The notes under the pieces are model-generated. The model had not been told where the DNA came from and did not search any database. It was given only the letters and a program-made list of their open reading frames with translations. This document shows, in pieces, positions 49,118-58,580 of a stretch of DNA of 64,000 bases (positions are counted from its first letter, which is position 1; the number at the start of each line of letters is the position of its first letter). The stretch spans positions 128,001 to 192,000 of the forward strand of contig CAWFXA010000003.1 in assembly GCA_963819655.1 (NCBI GenBank), in the 5' to 3' direction. This DNA comes from an uncultured Chloroflexia bacterium. Its GTDB lineage: Bacteria; Chloroflexota; Limnocylindria; Limnocylindrales; CSP1-4. A program made the position numbers and the translations under genes.

Positions 49118-50584
49118 CTATTGGACGAGACCGGCTCCGCTGAGTTGGAGGGCAGTATCCGGATCGTATGTGACCGTCACGTTGCCGTTGCCGCCAACAT
49201 CGAACTCGTCGCAGATGACCTGGGCATCTAACACGTTCCCGGTTCCGTTCCCCTCGTAGGAGAACAGCGCGTTAGGGATATAGATGGTCCCCGAATACGT
49301 CGACGTCGCGTTTCCGGTGATCTTGAGCGGCGGCTGACTCGACGCATCGCGATCCTGGAAGAACAGCAGGTTCGTGTAGACCAGCCCCTGGTAGCCGCGC
49401 ATCCGGATGTCTCCGCCCGCCGTGTTTCGGAAGTCGATCGGACGGATGCAGTTGCCTGACGTGCCGCAGGTCGGACCGTCCGTGTTGTAGATCATCACGC
49501 CGCCGGAAGCGGTCGCGTAGCTCGTACCACCAGGGTCGACCGTGATGAGGTTGACGCCGCCGTCTACCAGGAAACCGCCGCCCGCCATGACGTAGAGGCC
49601 CGGTTCCATGTAGACCGTCAGCTGTCGAGCAGCATTTGGCTCTGAAAGATTGATCCCGCCGTAGTAGACGCCTGGGTAGATCCGCACGACAGACGGCGAA
49701 GTCTTTGGTTGTATGACGCACAGCTTCGGTGACGCTGCCGTCGCCCCTGCCGGCATGCCCGGACAATCATCGACCTTGTTGGTGAGGTCGCCGCCTGAAA
49801 CCAGAAGGGGCACATTCGGGGGGTCCGGAACGGCCGTGCCACCGGGTGAAGGCCCATCTAGACCGGCCAAGGGATCACTGATCGGCGGTGCTCCCTCAGA
49901 GTACGAACCGCAAACCGCCGTTGCTGACGGGCCGATGTCGATAGTTCCGACCGTGCCGCAGTTTCCCGCAACGTCGACGACCGTGCGGTTCCCATCAAAC
50001 ACCAGGGCGCCCGGTGACGTGCAGTCGGAGAGGACCATCACATCGCCTTCGACATGCAGCGTGCCGTTCCCGTGCGCGTGGCCGGCTTTGCATGTCGACG
50101 GGTCCAGGGCGAGGAAGGAGAAGGGAAACGAGTAGTCGTCGATATTCGCCGCGACGGCCATCGAGGCAACGCGGAAGCTCGTCATGCCAAGGACGCCCGC
50201 GAAATACGACGCGCGGGTGTTGGCGATCCCGACCTGGATGTGCCCCGGAAATCCGGCGAACCGCGTGGTGTTGTCAGGGGGGATCTTCACCGTGACTTGC
50301 GCTGTCGCGTACCCATGGAGCGTTGTGATCTCGCGCGCCGCGGCCTCCGCCTGAGGGCACGAAGCGAGGGACGGAGCCGCCTTGCAGGCCGGCTCTACGA
50401 GATATCTCGCGCCGGCCAGGGCGGCTGCATCGGACGCATCCTGTTGCATGCGTCGCTCGAACAGGTTCTGACCGACATCGAACACCAGTGCCGCAACGGC
50501 GATGATCCCGATCAGGCCGAAAGCGAAGATCGCAAGGACCTGCCCTCGCGTCCGTTCGCGACCCACGTCAATGGTTGATGACAA
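49118..50584 (-). CDS. TadG-like Flp pilus tip/adhesin protein
   Basis: RGQVLAIFA prepilin-like start, D.G..F.RR.QQ.A.DAAALAGA, Gly/Asn/Cys-rich C-terminal domain; TTG after GGAGG. Confidence 0.78.
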   Translation of the reverse strand: MSSTIDVGRERTRGQVLAIFAFGLIGIIAVAALVFDVGQNLFERRMQQDASDAAALAGARYLVEPACKAAPSLASCPQAEAAAREITTLHGYATAQVTVKIPPDNTTRFAGFPGHIQVGIANTRASYFAGVLGMTSFRVASMAVAANIDDYSFPFSFLALDPSTCKAGHAHGNGTLHVEGDVMVLSDCTSPGALVFDGNRTVVDVAGNCGTVGTIDIGPSATAVCGSYSEGAPPISDPLAGLDGPSPGGTAVPDPPNVPLLVSGGDLTNKVDDCPGMPAGATAASPKLCVIQPKTSPSVVRIYPGVYYGGINLSEPNAARQLTVYMEPGLYVMAGGGFLVDGGVNLITVDPGGTSYATASGGVMIYNTDGPTCGTSGNCIRPIDFRNTAGGDIRMRGYQGLVYTNLLFFQDRDASSQPPLKITGNATSTYSGTIYIPNALFSYEGNGTGNVLDAQVICDEFDVGGNGNVTVTYDPDTALQLSGAGLVQ

Positions 50585-51068
50585 GGGTCGAGCCTCCATT
50601 GAGAGTGAACGATGGGACAGGGGTAAACCCGGAGATGACCGGCCGGTACACGTAGGCGACGTCGACCTGGACTGTCTGACCCCGCTCGTTCGTGCCGTCG
50701 CCCAACGTTCCTGGACAGGCAGTGGTGTCACACCACTTGACCGTCACGGCGAAGTCAGCTGGACCCGAATCGATCACCGCGATGGCGTGGTCCTTGACGA
50801 CCCCGATGACCCGAGCGCCGTTCGGGTCGAACGGATTCGAGCCGTAGCCGACCGGCATCGGCCCACTGGGACACCTGGATTCGGCGCCGCACACGATGGC
50901 GTAGCGGGCACCCTCACGAGCGGCGTTGTTCAGCATCTGGATGTAGTAGATCGCCCGGCCGAACTCGATCAGCGTGAAGAGCAGGAAGAAAAAGAACGGC
51001 GCGACAAGGGCAAATTCGACGAGTGCCTGTGCCCGGTGCCGTCGATCGCGTCTCGCCATCTCACGCAC
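50568..51068 (-). CDS. TadE-like pseudopilin
   Basis: RAQALVEFALV.P, AAREGARYA. Confidence 0.88.
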   Translation of the reverse strand: MREMARRDRRHRAQALVEFALVAPFFFFLLFTLIEFGRAIYYIQMLNNAAREGARYAIVCGAESRCPSGPMPVGYGSNPFDPNGARVIGVVKDHAIAVIDSGPADFAVTVKWCDTTACPGTLGDGTNERGQTVQVDVAYVYRPVISGFTPVPSFTLNGGSTLVINH

Positions 51069-51612
51069 CCGTCAGATCGGAGATGGCAAACACGCTTTCG
51101 CGCGTGAGGGTGAAGGTGGAAGGTAACGGCGGCAGATCGAAGAACGTTCGGAATTCGAAGGTCACCGTGACGTGGATCCGGCAGGGCTCGACGAGCCCGG
51201 TCCGTCCACCGCACTCGGTCACCCCCGATGGCTTCTGCAGAGACCACGTCATCGCCGGGTTCGTGTCGCAGTTGCCGTTCGCATTGTTGAACCCGGCAAG
51301 CCGAGAGGTGGCGACGCAGGCACGACGCTTCATCTCGTCAACATTTGTCCCCCAGGGGGAATAGGCCTCTTGCCAGGCATCGGACCCGAGAAAGGCGCCG
51401 TAGTCCGCGGCCTCTCGCGCGGCGGATTCCGTCGCGACCGCCGCGGTGAAGACGCGGCCGAAATCGCCGATCGCGACTGCCAGTAGGAACAGGATCGGGA
51501 CGATGAGTGCGAACTCGGCCAATGACTGGCCGCGGCTCGACCGGACATGCGATCGGGCGGGAAGGGGGAGGCGGCCGATGGCGACCCGGCGCCAGTTGGG
51601 GGAGATATTCAT
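51061..51612 (-). CDS. TadE-like pseudopilin
   Basis: RGQSLAEFALIVP, DFGR, AAREAA. Confidence 0.86.
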   Translation of the reverse strand: MNISPNWRRVAIGRLPLPARSHVRSSRGQSLAEFALIVPILFLLAVAIGDFGRVFTAAVATESAAREAADYGAFLGSDAWQEAYSPWGTNVDEMKRRACVATSRLAGFNNANGNCDTNPAMTWSLQKPSGVTECGGRTGLVEPCRIHVTVTFEFRTFFDLPPLPSTFTLTRESVFAISDLTGA

Positions 51613-51757
51613 ATGACGCTCTGCCGCTGTGACTTTAGGTTCCCCGAGGCCGCCGATAGTACTGGTAGGAACCTTGCAATCAACCTGACGAAATACCTAT
51701 TCCGTTGTCCTGCAGCAACGAGAGGTATGGCGCGGTAGGGACCGGTACAGTGCGGGC

Positions 51758-52399
51758 GTGATCGTCGTCATCGGGTCGCTGCGTCTGCGCGGGTCGGGGC
51801 CGGACGCGGACGCGGACGGTCTTGCGGCCTCGATCGCCGCCGCGGCGGCAGCCGAGGGTGCTCGGGTCGAGCTCATCGGCAAGGTCGGAGACGACCCTGC
51901 GGGTGACGCCGTCCTTCTGTCACTCGCACGCCATGGCGTCGGCCATGTCGCCATGCTCCGAGATCCAGGGCGCCGGACGACGACCGCCGCGGCGATCGAC
52001 GAACGGATCGACGTGGATGCGAGCGAGGCGCTCACGACCGAGGTGGGCGCGGCCGAACCGGCCGGCGCAGGAGACTCACCGACTCTCGAGGCGGCGGATG
52101 TCGGCCTCGCCCTGCGCTACCTGCCGGAGATCTCGGTGATCGTGGCAGTCCACCTGGCGCCGGAAGTCCTGACCGAAGCCGCTGCGGCCGCGGGTTGGGC
52201 TGAGACCTCGTTGGTGGTGGTCGTGCCTGTCGATGGTGGGCCACCTGACGGCCTGCCCGCCGGTGCCGTCACCCTGGCCGCCGCCGACCACGACGAGTCG
52301 GCGGTCGGCGGGGCGATCGGACGCTACGCAGCCGCGCTCGACCGTGGCGATCCGGCCGATGCCGCCTACGACGCGCTCGTCGCTGCGGGGCGCGGCTAG
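51758..52399 (+). CDS. Truncated PfkB-family-like protein
   Basis: IGKVGDD.AG...L...GV PfkB N-terminal signature; no DTxGAGD; TACAGT -10 before GTG. Confidence 0.62.
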   Translation: MIVVIGSLRLRGSGPDADADGLAASIAAAAAAEGARVELIGKVGDDPAGDAVLLSLARHGVGHVAMLRDPGRRTTTAAAIDERIDVDASEALTTEVGAAEPAGAGDSPTLEAADVGLALRYLPEISVIVAVHLAPEVLTEAAAAAGWAETSLVVVVPVDGGPPDGLPAGAVTLAAADHDESAVGGAIGRYAAALDRGDPADAAYDALVAAGRG

Positions 52400-53118
52400 A
52401 TCCCGAGCGTGCCCTCGGCCGGCGTTGCCGCGACCGCCAGCAGCGGCTCGGTCAGCTCTGGGCCGTCACGGCGGACGTCGTTCACGTATCGATTGACCGG
52501 GTAGATCCGCACCGCGACAGCGTCGCTCGGCTCGAGCATCGCGAGCAGCTCGTCGGGATCGACCGCCGGTCCCGCTCGCCCATCGGTCAGCCAGCGATCC
52601 CATGATCCCTCGCCGAGCACGACCGGCATCCGGTCGTGCAGATCGGCCAGCGCGTCGTTCGGTGTCGTCGTGATGATCGTGAACGTCCGGCGGACCTCGT
52701 CGATCGACGGGTCGTGCCAGCCCGCCCACAGGCCGGCGAGGGCAAGCGGCAGGCCGTCCTCGCGCACGACGCGGTACGGCTGGCGGACGGTGCCCTCGCG
52801 CTTCCACTCGTAGAACGAGTCGACCGGCACGATGCAGCGCCGCCGGCGGAACGCCTCGCGGAAGGCCGGGCTGGAGGTGATCGTCTCTGCGCGCGCGTTG
52901 AACATCCGGGAGCCGCCCTTGAGGTCGGTGGACCAATGCGGCACCAGGCCCCACCGATAGGCCGTGACGGCCCGGCGATCCTCGCGCTGCACGACGACGA
53001 AGGCGTCGTCGGTGGGAGCCACGTTGTACCGCGCGCCCAACTCGTCGGCGAGCGGTTCGGCGGCGAAGATCTCGGCGAGCTCGGACGCTGGCCGCTCCTG
53101 CGTGAACCGTCCGCACAT
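52396..53118 (-). CDS. SRAP family abasic-site protecting protein (YedK/HMCES-like)
   Basis: N-terminal MCGRF, YNVAPT, WGLVP.W, NARAET, FYEW, HDRMPV. Confidence 0.94.
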   Translation of the reverse strand: MCGRFTQERPASELAEIFAAEPLADELGARYNVAPTDDAFVVVQREDRRAVTAYRWGLVPHWSTDLKGGSRMFNARAETITSSPAFREAFRRRRCIVPVDSFYEWKREGTVRQPYRVVREDGLPLALAGLWAGWHDPSIDEVRRTFTIITTTPNDALADLHDRMPVVLGEGSWDRWLTDGRAGPAVDPDELLAMLEPSDAVAVRIYPVNRYVNDVRRDGPELTEPLLAVAATPAEGTLGI

Positions 53119-53145
53119 GCGGGCAAGTCTAGTATCGTCCGGCCG

Positions 53146-54358
53146 ATGGACGACGCCCGGCCACCTGCCTCGCCCGACCCGTCACGGCAGGGCCGCCTGT
53201 CCCCCGCGGACGCCGCCGCGCTGCTGGCGGAGGGCGACAGCCTCCTCGCTGCGGGCGACTACCCGGAGGCCGCCGTCCGATATGGGCGCGTGGTCGGTTT
53301 CGACGACGCGGCGGTCACGGCCGCCGCATTGCTCGGGCTAGGCGAGGCCCGGTTCCGCCTCGGTGAGGACGGCGCCGCCCTGGCGTCCTGGAAGGCCGTC
53401 CTGCAGGTCGGGGAGACGCCGTCGTCGTACCCGGCGTGGCGGAACATCGCGGCCGCCAACGTTCGTGACGGGGATCTCCAGTCGGCGATCAGCGCCTATC
53501 GCCAGGCCGAACGGCGGGCGCCGCCCGCCGACCGTCCCGAGATCGCGAACCGACTCGGCTGGTTGACCAAGGAGACCGGCGACGTCAACGGGGCGCGGCG
53601 CTACTTCGCCCGCGGTCGTGGCGATACGCAGGTGCTGTCCGTCACGACCGTGCTCATCGCGGCGACGGTCATCGTCTCGCTGACGGCGATCCTGTCGGCC
53701 GAGGGTCAGTTCCTGTACGACGCCTTCCAGCTCGACAAGCAGGCGGTGGCGGCCGGCGAATACTGGCGGCTGTTCACGGTGACGCTGTTGCACGGCAGCC
53801 CTGATCCGGGGTTCTTCGCCCCGTCGCTCCTGCACCTGTTCTTCAACATGTATGCCCTGTACCTCGCCGGGCCGATCGTCGAGCGCTGGTACGGGTCGCT
53901 GCGCTTCCTGATCTTCTACCTCGTCTGCGCGGCCGGCGGATCCGTCGCGAGCTTCGCGTTCGGTGGCGATCTCCCGTCGGTCGGCGCCTCAGGCGCCATC
54001 TTCGGGTCTGTTCGGGCTGTTGCTCGGCGCGAATCGCTTCCACCAGCCGGTCGATCGTCAGAGCCGGGCGCTCGTCCGACAGCTCGGGATGCTCATCGTC
54101 CTGAACATCCTGTTCGGCTTTGCTGTCCCGGGCATCGACAACGCCGCGCATCTTGGCGGCCTCGTCACCGGCCTGTGGCTCGGTGCGGTGATCCCGCCGA
54201 CCCGCGTCGACACGATGGGGTCGTACTGGCAGCAGGCGAAGGGGGCGGCTGGGGCGCATGTCGCTCGCGTCCCGATGGCCGTCCCGATCCTGGCGGTCGT
54301 CGCGGTCGCGGTCGTCGTGGTCGCAGGGCTGATGTACGGGACATCGATCCGGGCGTAG
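53146..54358 (+). CDS. TPR-rhomboid intramembrane serine protease, +1 frameshift near 54004
   Basis: N-terminal TPRs, WRL.T..LLH, HL.FNM, VGASGAIFG then second frame LFG...DNAAHLGG. Confidence 0.85.
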
Positions 54359-54377
54359 CGCGCCGGGCTGACAGACG

Positions 54378-55253
54378 ATGTTCGCCACGCTCCTCGGCCC
54401 GCTCCCGCGGCCGCTCCTCCCGGCGGACACGTCCCCCGAGGCGATCCTCGACGCATGTTTGGCGCTCCAGATCGAGCACGGTCTCGAGCCGCTGACCGAC
54501 GCCGGCTGGCCACTGATCGACTCCGAGCCGGTCGCATCGTGGGTCGCCACCACGGAGCGTGCCGGCGGTGGCCTCGTGAAGGCTGTGCTGGACGGCCCGG
54601 TCTCGGCGGGTCGTGGCGTCGGCGACGTTCGACGGGAGGTCTTGGCCCTCGCCGCTGCCGGGTGCCGCTGGATCGAGATCCATGAGCCGGCCGTCACGGC
54701 GATCGGGGACGACGCGGAAGCCCGGAAGCGGTTCGCGGCGGCTCATCGGGAGCTCACCGCCGATCTCGAGCCGGACGTGCATCTGACCCTGGCCATCACG
54801 GGCGGCAGTGCCGACACGGCAGGCATCGAGACGGTCTTGGCCGGCGCCTACGCGAGCCTGGCGGTGGATCTCATCGACGGGCCGGACAACTGGCGGCTCG
54901 TCGTCGAGACGCCGGGAGAGCTGGGCATCGTTTGCGGCGCCCTGTCTGCGCACCGTGCCACCGACGACGGACCGGAGCACTTGCTGTTCGCGGCGAGGTA
55001 CGCCGCGTCGACTGGCGGGCGCGGGATGACCCGGGTAGGGCTCGCGACGTCGGGCTCGTTCGCGGAGCTGACGTGGGTCGAGGCGGCGACCAAGGTGCGC
55101 CGACTAGGTGAAGCGGCGCGGCTCGTGACTGCGTCACCCGTCGAGCGCCGCGAGGCGCTCGATCCGCGGGCAGTCGACATCCGGTCGGCCGCGCTCGGCC
55201 GGGTCGAGGACCCGCGACATCGGAAAGAACGGCGCGACCACGATGAGTCCTGA
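54378..55253 (+). CDS. Divergent MetE/UROD-barrel (cobalamin-independent methionine synthase-like) protein
   Basis: LLGPLPRP, Q...GL..LTD.G, VK.VL.GP, AGCRWIEIHEP; zinc Cys ligands not seen. Confidence 0.6.
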   Translation: MFATLLGPLPRPLLPADTSPEAILDACLALQIEHGLEPLTDAGWPLIDSEPVASWVATTERAGGGLVKAVLDGPVSAGRGVGDVRREVLALAAAGCRWIEIHEPAVTAIGDDAEARKRFAAAHRELTADLEPDVHLTLAITGGSADTAGIETVLAGAYASLAVDLIDGPDNWRLVVETPGELGIVCGALSAHRATDDGPEHLLFAARYAASTGGRGMTRVGLATSGSFAELTWVEAATKVRRLGEAARLVTASPVERREALDPRAVDIRSAALGRVEDPRHRKERRDHDES

Positions 55254-55288
55254 CGACGGGGCGGACACCGCTCTTGCCACCGGGACGA

Positions 55289-55442
55289 TGATCGCTCGCA
55301 GCGATCGTTTTCGGTTCGTAGCCACTCGCGGCGGCGTCCAGCGGCGCGTTTGATCGCTCAGAGTGATCGATGGGTGGTGTTGCACGACCCACGAGCCCAT
55401 CTGGACGCGCTTGGGCGCAGAATCGATCGCTGCGAGCGATCA
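55289..55442. repeat. Cluster of three GATCGCT-N3-AGYGATC palindromes with nested inverted symmetry
   Basis: Copies at 55290-55306, 55352-55368, 55425-55441; outer copies are 19-nt reverse complements; inner GCGTCCAG/CTGGACGC. Confidence 0.68.
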
Positions 55443-55646
55443 CCTCGGGCCGATCCTGTGCGGGGAGCACCGTGCGGGTTCCGACTTGATTCCCCACCCT
55501 GACGGTGGGACCATCGCAGTCCCTCCCACCGACGCGAGGAGCGGGTCGGTAAGAGGCGCGAGTGCTCCAGCCGACAACGCATCCGTGACCGCGCCGCGAC
55601 CCCCATCCGGCCGCGCCGTCGGTCGTCGTCGAAGGAGGTCCGGCCC

Positions 55647-56141
55647 GTGGGCGAACACATCTCCCTGACCGTCAACGGAGCACGACGGGAGCTCGATGTC
55701 GAGCCCAGACGCCTGCTCGTCCAGGCGATCCGCGAAGACCTCGACCTGACCGGGACCCACATCGGATGCGACACGAGCCAATGCGGCGCGTGCACCATCC
55801 ATCTCGATGGCAAGGCCGTGAAGTCCTGCACGGTGCTCGCCGTCCAGGCCGACGGCGCCACCGTCACCACCATCGAAGGGATGGCGAACGGCGAGACCCT
55901 CCATCCGCTCCAGACCGCCTTCTGGGAGAAGCACGGCCTGCAGTGCGGGTTCTGCACCCCTGGGATGATCATGGCTGCGGCCGACCTGCTGGCTCGCAAC
56001 AGCGACCCGTCCGAGGACGAGATCCGCCACGCCATCGAGGGCAACATTTGCCGCTGTACCGGTTACCACAACATCGTGGCGGCCGTGCGCGCGGCTGCTG
56101 CCGCCATGCGCGAGGGGGCCGTCGCCCCCGTCACCGCTTAG
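55647..56141 (+). CDS. coxS: Molybdo-hydroxylase 2Fe-2S subunit (CoxS-like)
   Basis: [10 protein letters not shown]...[19 protein letters not shown]. Confidence 0.9.
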   Translation: MGEHISLTVNGARRELDVEPRRLLVQAIREDLDLTGTHIGCDTSQCGACTIHLDGKAVKSCTVLAVQADGATVTTIEGMANGETLHPLQTAFWEKHGLQCGFCTPGMIMAAADLLARNSDPSEDEIRHAIEGNICRCTGYHNIVAAVRAAAAAMREGAVAPVTA

Positions 56142-56156
56142 GCCGGGAGACGAACG

Positions 56157-58580
56157 ATGACAGACGTACTCGACGCCCCGGCGACCACTCCGCTCGGCCA
56201 GCCGATCAAGCGCACGGAGGACCCACGCTTCATCACCGGCAAGGGCCGCTACCTCGACGACATCAAGCTGCAGTCGATGACCCACCTGGCCATCCTGCGC
56301 AGCCCGTACGCTCACGCCAACATCCGCTCGATCGACACGAGCACGGCCAAGTCGATGCCCGGCGTGCACGCGGTCTTCGTCGGCGCCGACATCCCGTACA
56401 ACCCGCTGCCGATGGCCTGGCCGGCCGGGGGCAGTGCCGGGATCACCAACAACATCAACACGCCGCGCGTGCTGGCCACCGACTCGGTCAAGTGGACCGG
56501 CGAGGGTGTCGCGGCCGTCGTGGCCGAGACGCCCGAGCAGGCGCTCGATGCCCTCGAGGCGATCGACGTCGATTGGGAGCCATTGCCCGCGGTCGTCGAC
56601 TCCGAGGCGGCCATCAAGGACGGCGCCCCGCAACTCCACGAGAACGCCCCGAACAACATCGTGTTCGAGTGGTCGGTCGGCGACAAGGACGGCACCGCCG
56701 CGGCCATCGAAGGCGCCGAGGTCGTCGTTAAGCAGCGCCTCGTGAACCAGCGGCTCATCCCGAATCCGATGGAGACCCGGGGCGACATCGGCTGGTACAA
56801 CCCAGGCACCGATGAGTACACGGTCTGGATGTCGAGCCAGACGCCGCACATCCAGCGGCTGCTCCTGGCGGCGTTCGTGACCGGCATCCCGGAGCACAAG
56901 ATCCGCTGTATCAGCCCCGACGTCGGCGGTGCCTTCGGCACCAAGATCTTCACCTATGCAGACATGCCGCTCGTGATGTTCGCGAGCAAGGCGATCGGCG
57001 GCCGGCCCGTCAAATGGGTCGAGGGCCGCCGCGAGAACTACCAATCGACCATCCACGGTCGCGACCACATCACGTACGTCGAGATCGCCGGCAAGCGTGA
57101 CGGCGAGGTCACCGGTGTCCGCGTCAAGACCTACGCCAACCTCGGCGGCCGTCTCTCGACGATCGGCCCGGGCATCCCCACGACCCTCTACGCCCGCGTC
57201 CTGTCGGGCTGCTACAAGATCCCGAACGTCTACGCCGAGGTGACCGGCGTCTACACGAACACTGTGTTCGTCGACGCCTACCGCGGAGCCGGCCGGCCCG
57301 AGGCGACCTACGTCATCGAGCGGGCGATGGACCTGTTCGCGGCAGAGATCGGCATGGATCGGGCCGAGGTGCGCCGTCGCAACTTCATCCCGAAGGACCA
57401 GTTCCCGTACGAGAACCCGTCGGGTCTCGGCACGGCCAGTGGCGGCGCCAAGATCTACATCGACTCCGGCGACTATGAGCCAGCCATGGACAAGGCCCTA
57501 GGCATGGTCGATTACGCGGCGCTCCCTGCGCAGAAGGCCGATGCACGAGACCGCGGCAAGCTCCTCGGCGTCGGGCTAAGCACCTACATCGAGGTGTGCG
57601 GCGTCGCCCCGTCCAAGTGGATCGGTGCTGTCGGCGAGGGCTGGGGTGCGGCGATGTGGGAATCGGCCAACATCCGCGTCCACCTGACCGGCAAGGTCGT
57701 CGTCACGGTCGGCACCCAGCCGCAAGGCCAGGGCCACGAGACGACGTACGCCCAGGTCGTCGCCGCGGAGCTCGGCGTGCCGATGGCGGATGTCGTCGTC
57801 CAGCACTCGGACACACTGGGCACGCCATTCGGTTACGGCTCGTACGGCAGCCGCACGTCGTCGGTCGGCATGACCGCGGCGATCAAGGCTGCGGACAAGA
57901 TCAAGGACAAAGCGCGTCGCTATGCGGCTCACATGCTGGAGGCGTCGCCGGACGATATCGAGATCGACGGCGCCGAATACCGGGTCAAGGGTTCGCCCGA
58001 CCGCAAGAAGACATTCCAGGAGATCGCGTTCGCGCTCGACCTCGCGTTCGACGCGCCCGATGGTATGGAGCCCTATCTCGACGAGACGGCCTACTACGAC
58101 ACCCCGAACTGCACGTGGCCGTTCGGGACGCACATCGCGACCGTCGAGATCGACGAGGAGACCGGCGTCGTGGATCTTGTCCGCTACGTTGCGGTTGACG
58201 ACGTCGGCAACAAGATCAACCCGATGATCGTCGACGGCCAACTCCACGGCGGCATCGCCCAGGGGGTCGGCCAGGCGCTCTGGGAGGGCGCCGTCTACAG
58301 CGATGACGGTCAGCTGCTGACCGGCTCGATGATGGACTACGCGCTGCCGAAGGCTGCGATGCTCCCGAACTTCGAGCTTGACCAGACTGTCACGCCGTCG
58401 CCGGTGAACCCGCTCGGGGTCAAGGGCGTCGGCGAGGCCGGCGCGATCGCGTCGACGGCCGCGGTGGCCAACGCCGTGGTCGACGCGTTGAGCGCCTATG
58501 GGATCCGCCACCTCGACATGCCGTACACGCCGCAGAAGCTGTGGTCGGCGATCCAGTCGGCGAAGGGAGGCCAGGCATGA
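56157..58580 (+). CDS. coxL: Molybdo-hydroxylase large subunit, form II CoxL-like
   Basis: DVGGAFG.K, AYRGAGRPE (57276-57296), GQGHET, GSYGSR, GQLHGG..QG, KGVGE. Confidence 0.88.
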   Translation: MTDVLDAPATTPLGQPIKRTEDPRFITGKGRYLDDIKLQSMTHLAILRSPYAHANIRSIDTSTAKSMPGVHAVFVGADIPYNPLPMAWPAGGSAGITNNINTPRVLATDSVKWTGEGVAAVVAETPEQALDALEAIDVDWEPLPAVVDSEAAIKDGAPQLHENAPNNIVFEWSVGDKDGTAAAIEGAEVVVKQRLVNQRLIPNPMETRGDIGWYNPGTDEYTVWMSSQTPHIQRLLLAAFVTGIPEHKIRCISPDVGGAFGTKIFTYADMPLVMFASKAIGGRPVKWVEGRRENYQSTIHGRDHITYVEIAGKRDGEVTGVRVKTYANLGGRLSTIGPGIPTTLYARVLSGCYKIPNVYAEVTGVYTNTVFVDAYRGAGRPEATYVIERAMDLFAAEIGMDRAEVRRRNFIPKDQFPYENPSGLGTASGGAKIYIDSGDYEPAMDKALGMVDYAALPAQKADARDRGKLLGVGLSTYIEVCGVAPSKWIGAVGEGWGAAMWESANIRVHLTGKVVVTVGTQPQGQGHETTYAQVVAAELGVPMADVVVQHSDTLGTPFGYGSYGSRTSSVGMTAAIKAADKIKDKARRYAAHMLEASPDDIEIDGAEYRVKGSPDRKKTFQEIAFALDLAFDAPDGMEPYLDETAYYDTPNCTWPFGTHIATVEIDEETGVVDLVRYVAVDDVGNKINPMIVDGQLHGGIAQGVGQALWEGAVYSDDGQLLTGSMMDYALPKAAMLPNFELDQTVTPSPVNPLGVKGVGEAGAIASTAAVANAVVDALSAYGIRHLDMPYTPQKLWSAIQSAKGGQA

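Noticed and set aside
51613-51745. c-di-GMP riboswitch upstream of the Tad genes
   Set aside because: Hairpins are present but the GGCAAAC/GAAA and GCAAAG/CUAA class I hallmarks are not found
55289-55442. Three spaced palindromes as a mini CRISPR array
   Set aside because: Units are only 17 nt, loops differ, outer copies are inverted rather than direct, spacing is uneven
56157-58580. Form I aerobic CO dehydrogenase
   Set aside because: Active-site loop is AYRGAGR, not AYxCSFR; gene order is S-L-M and coxDEFG are absent
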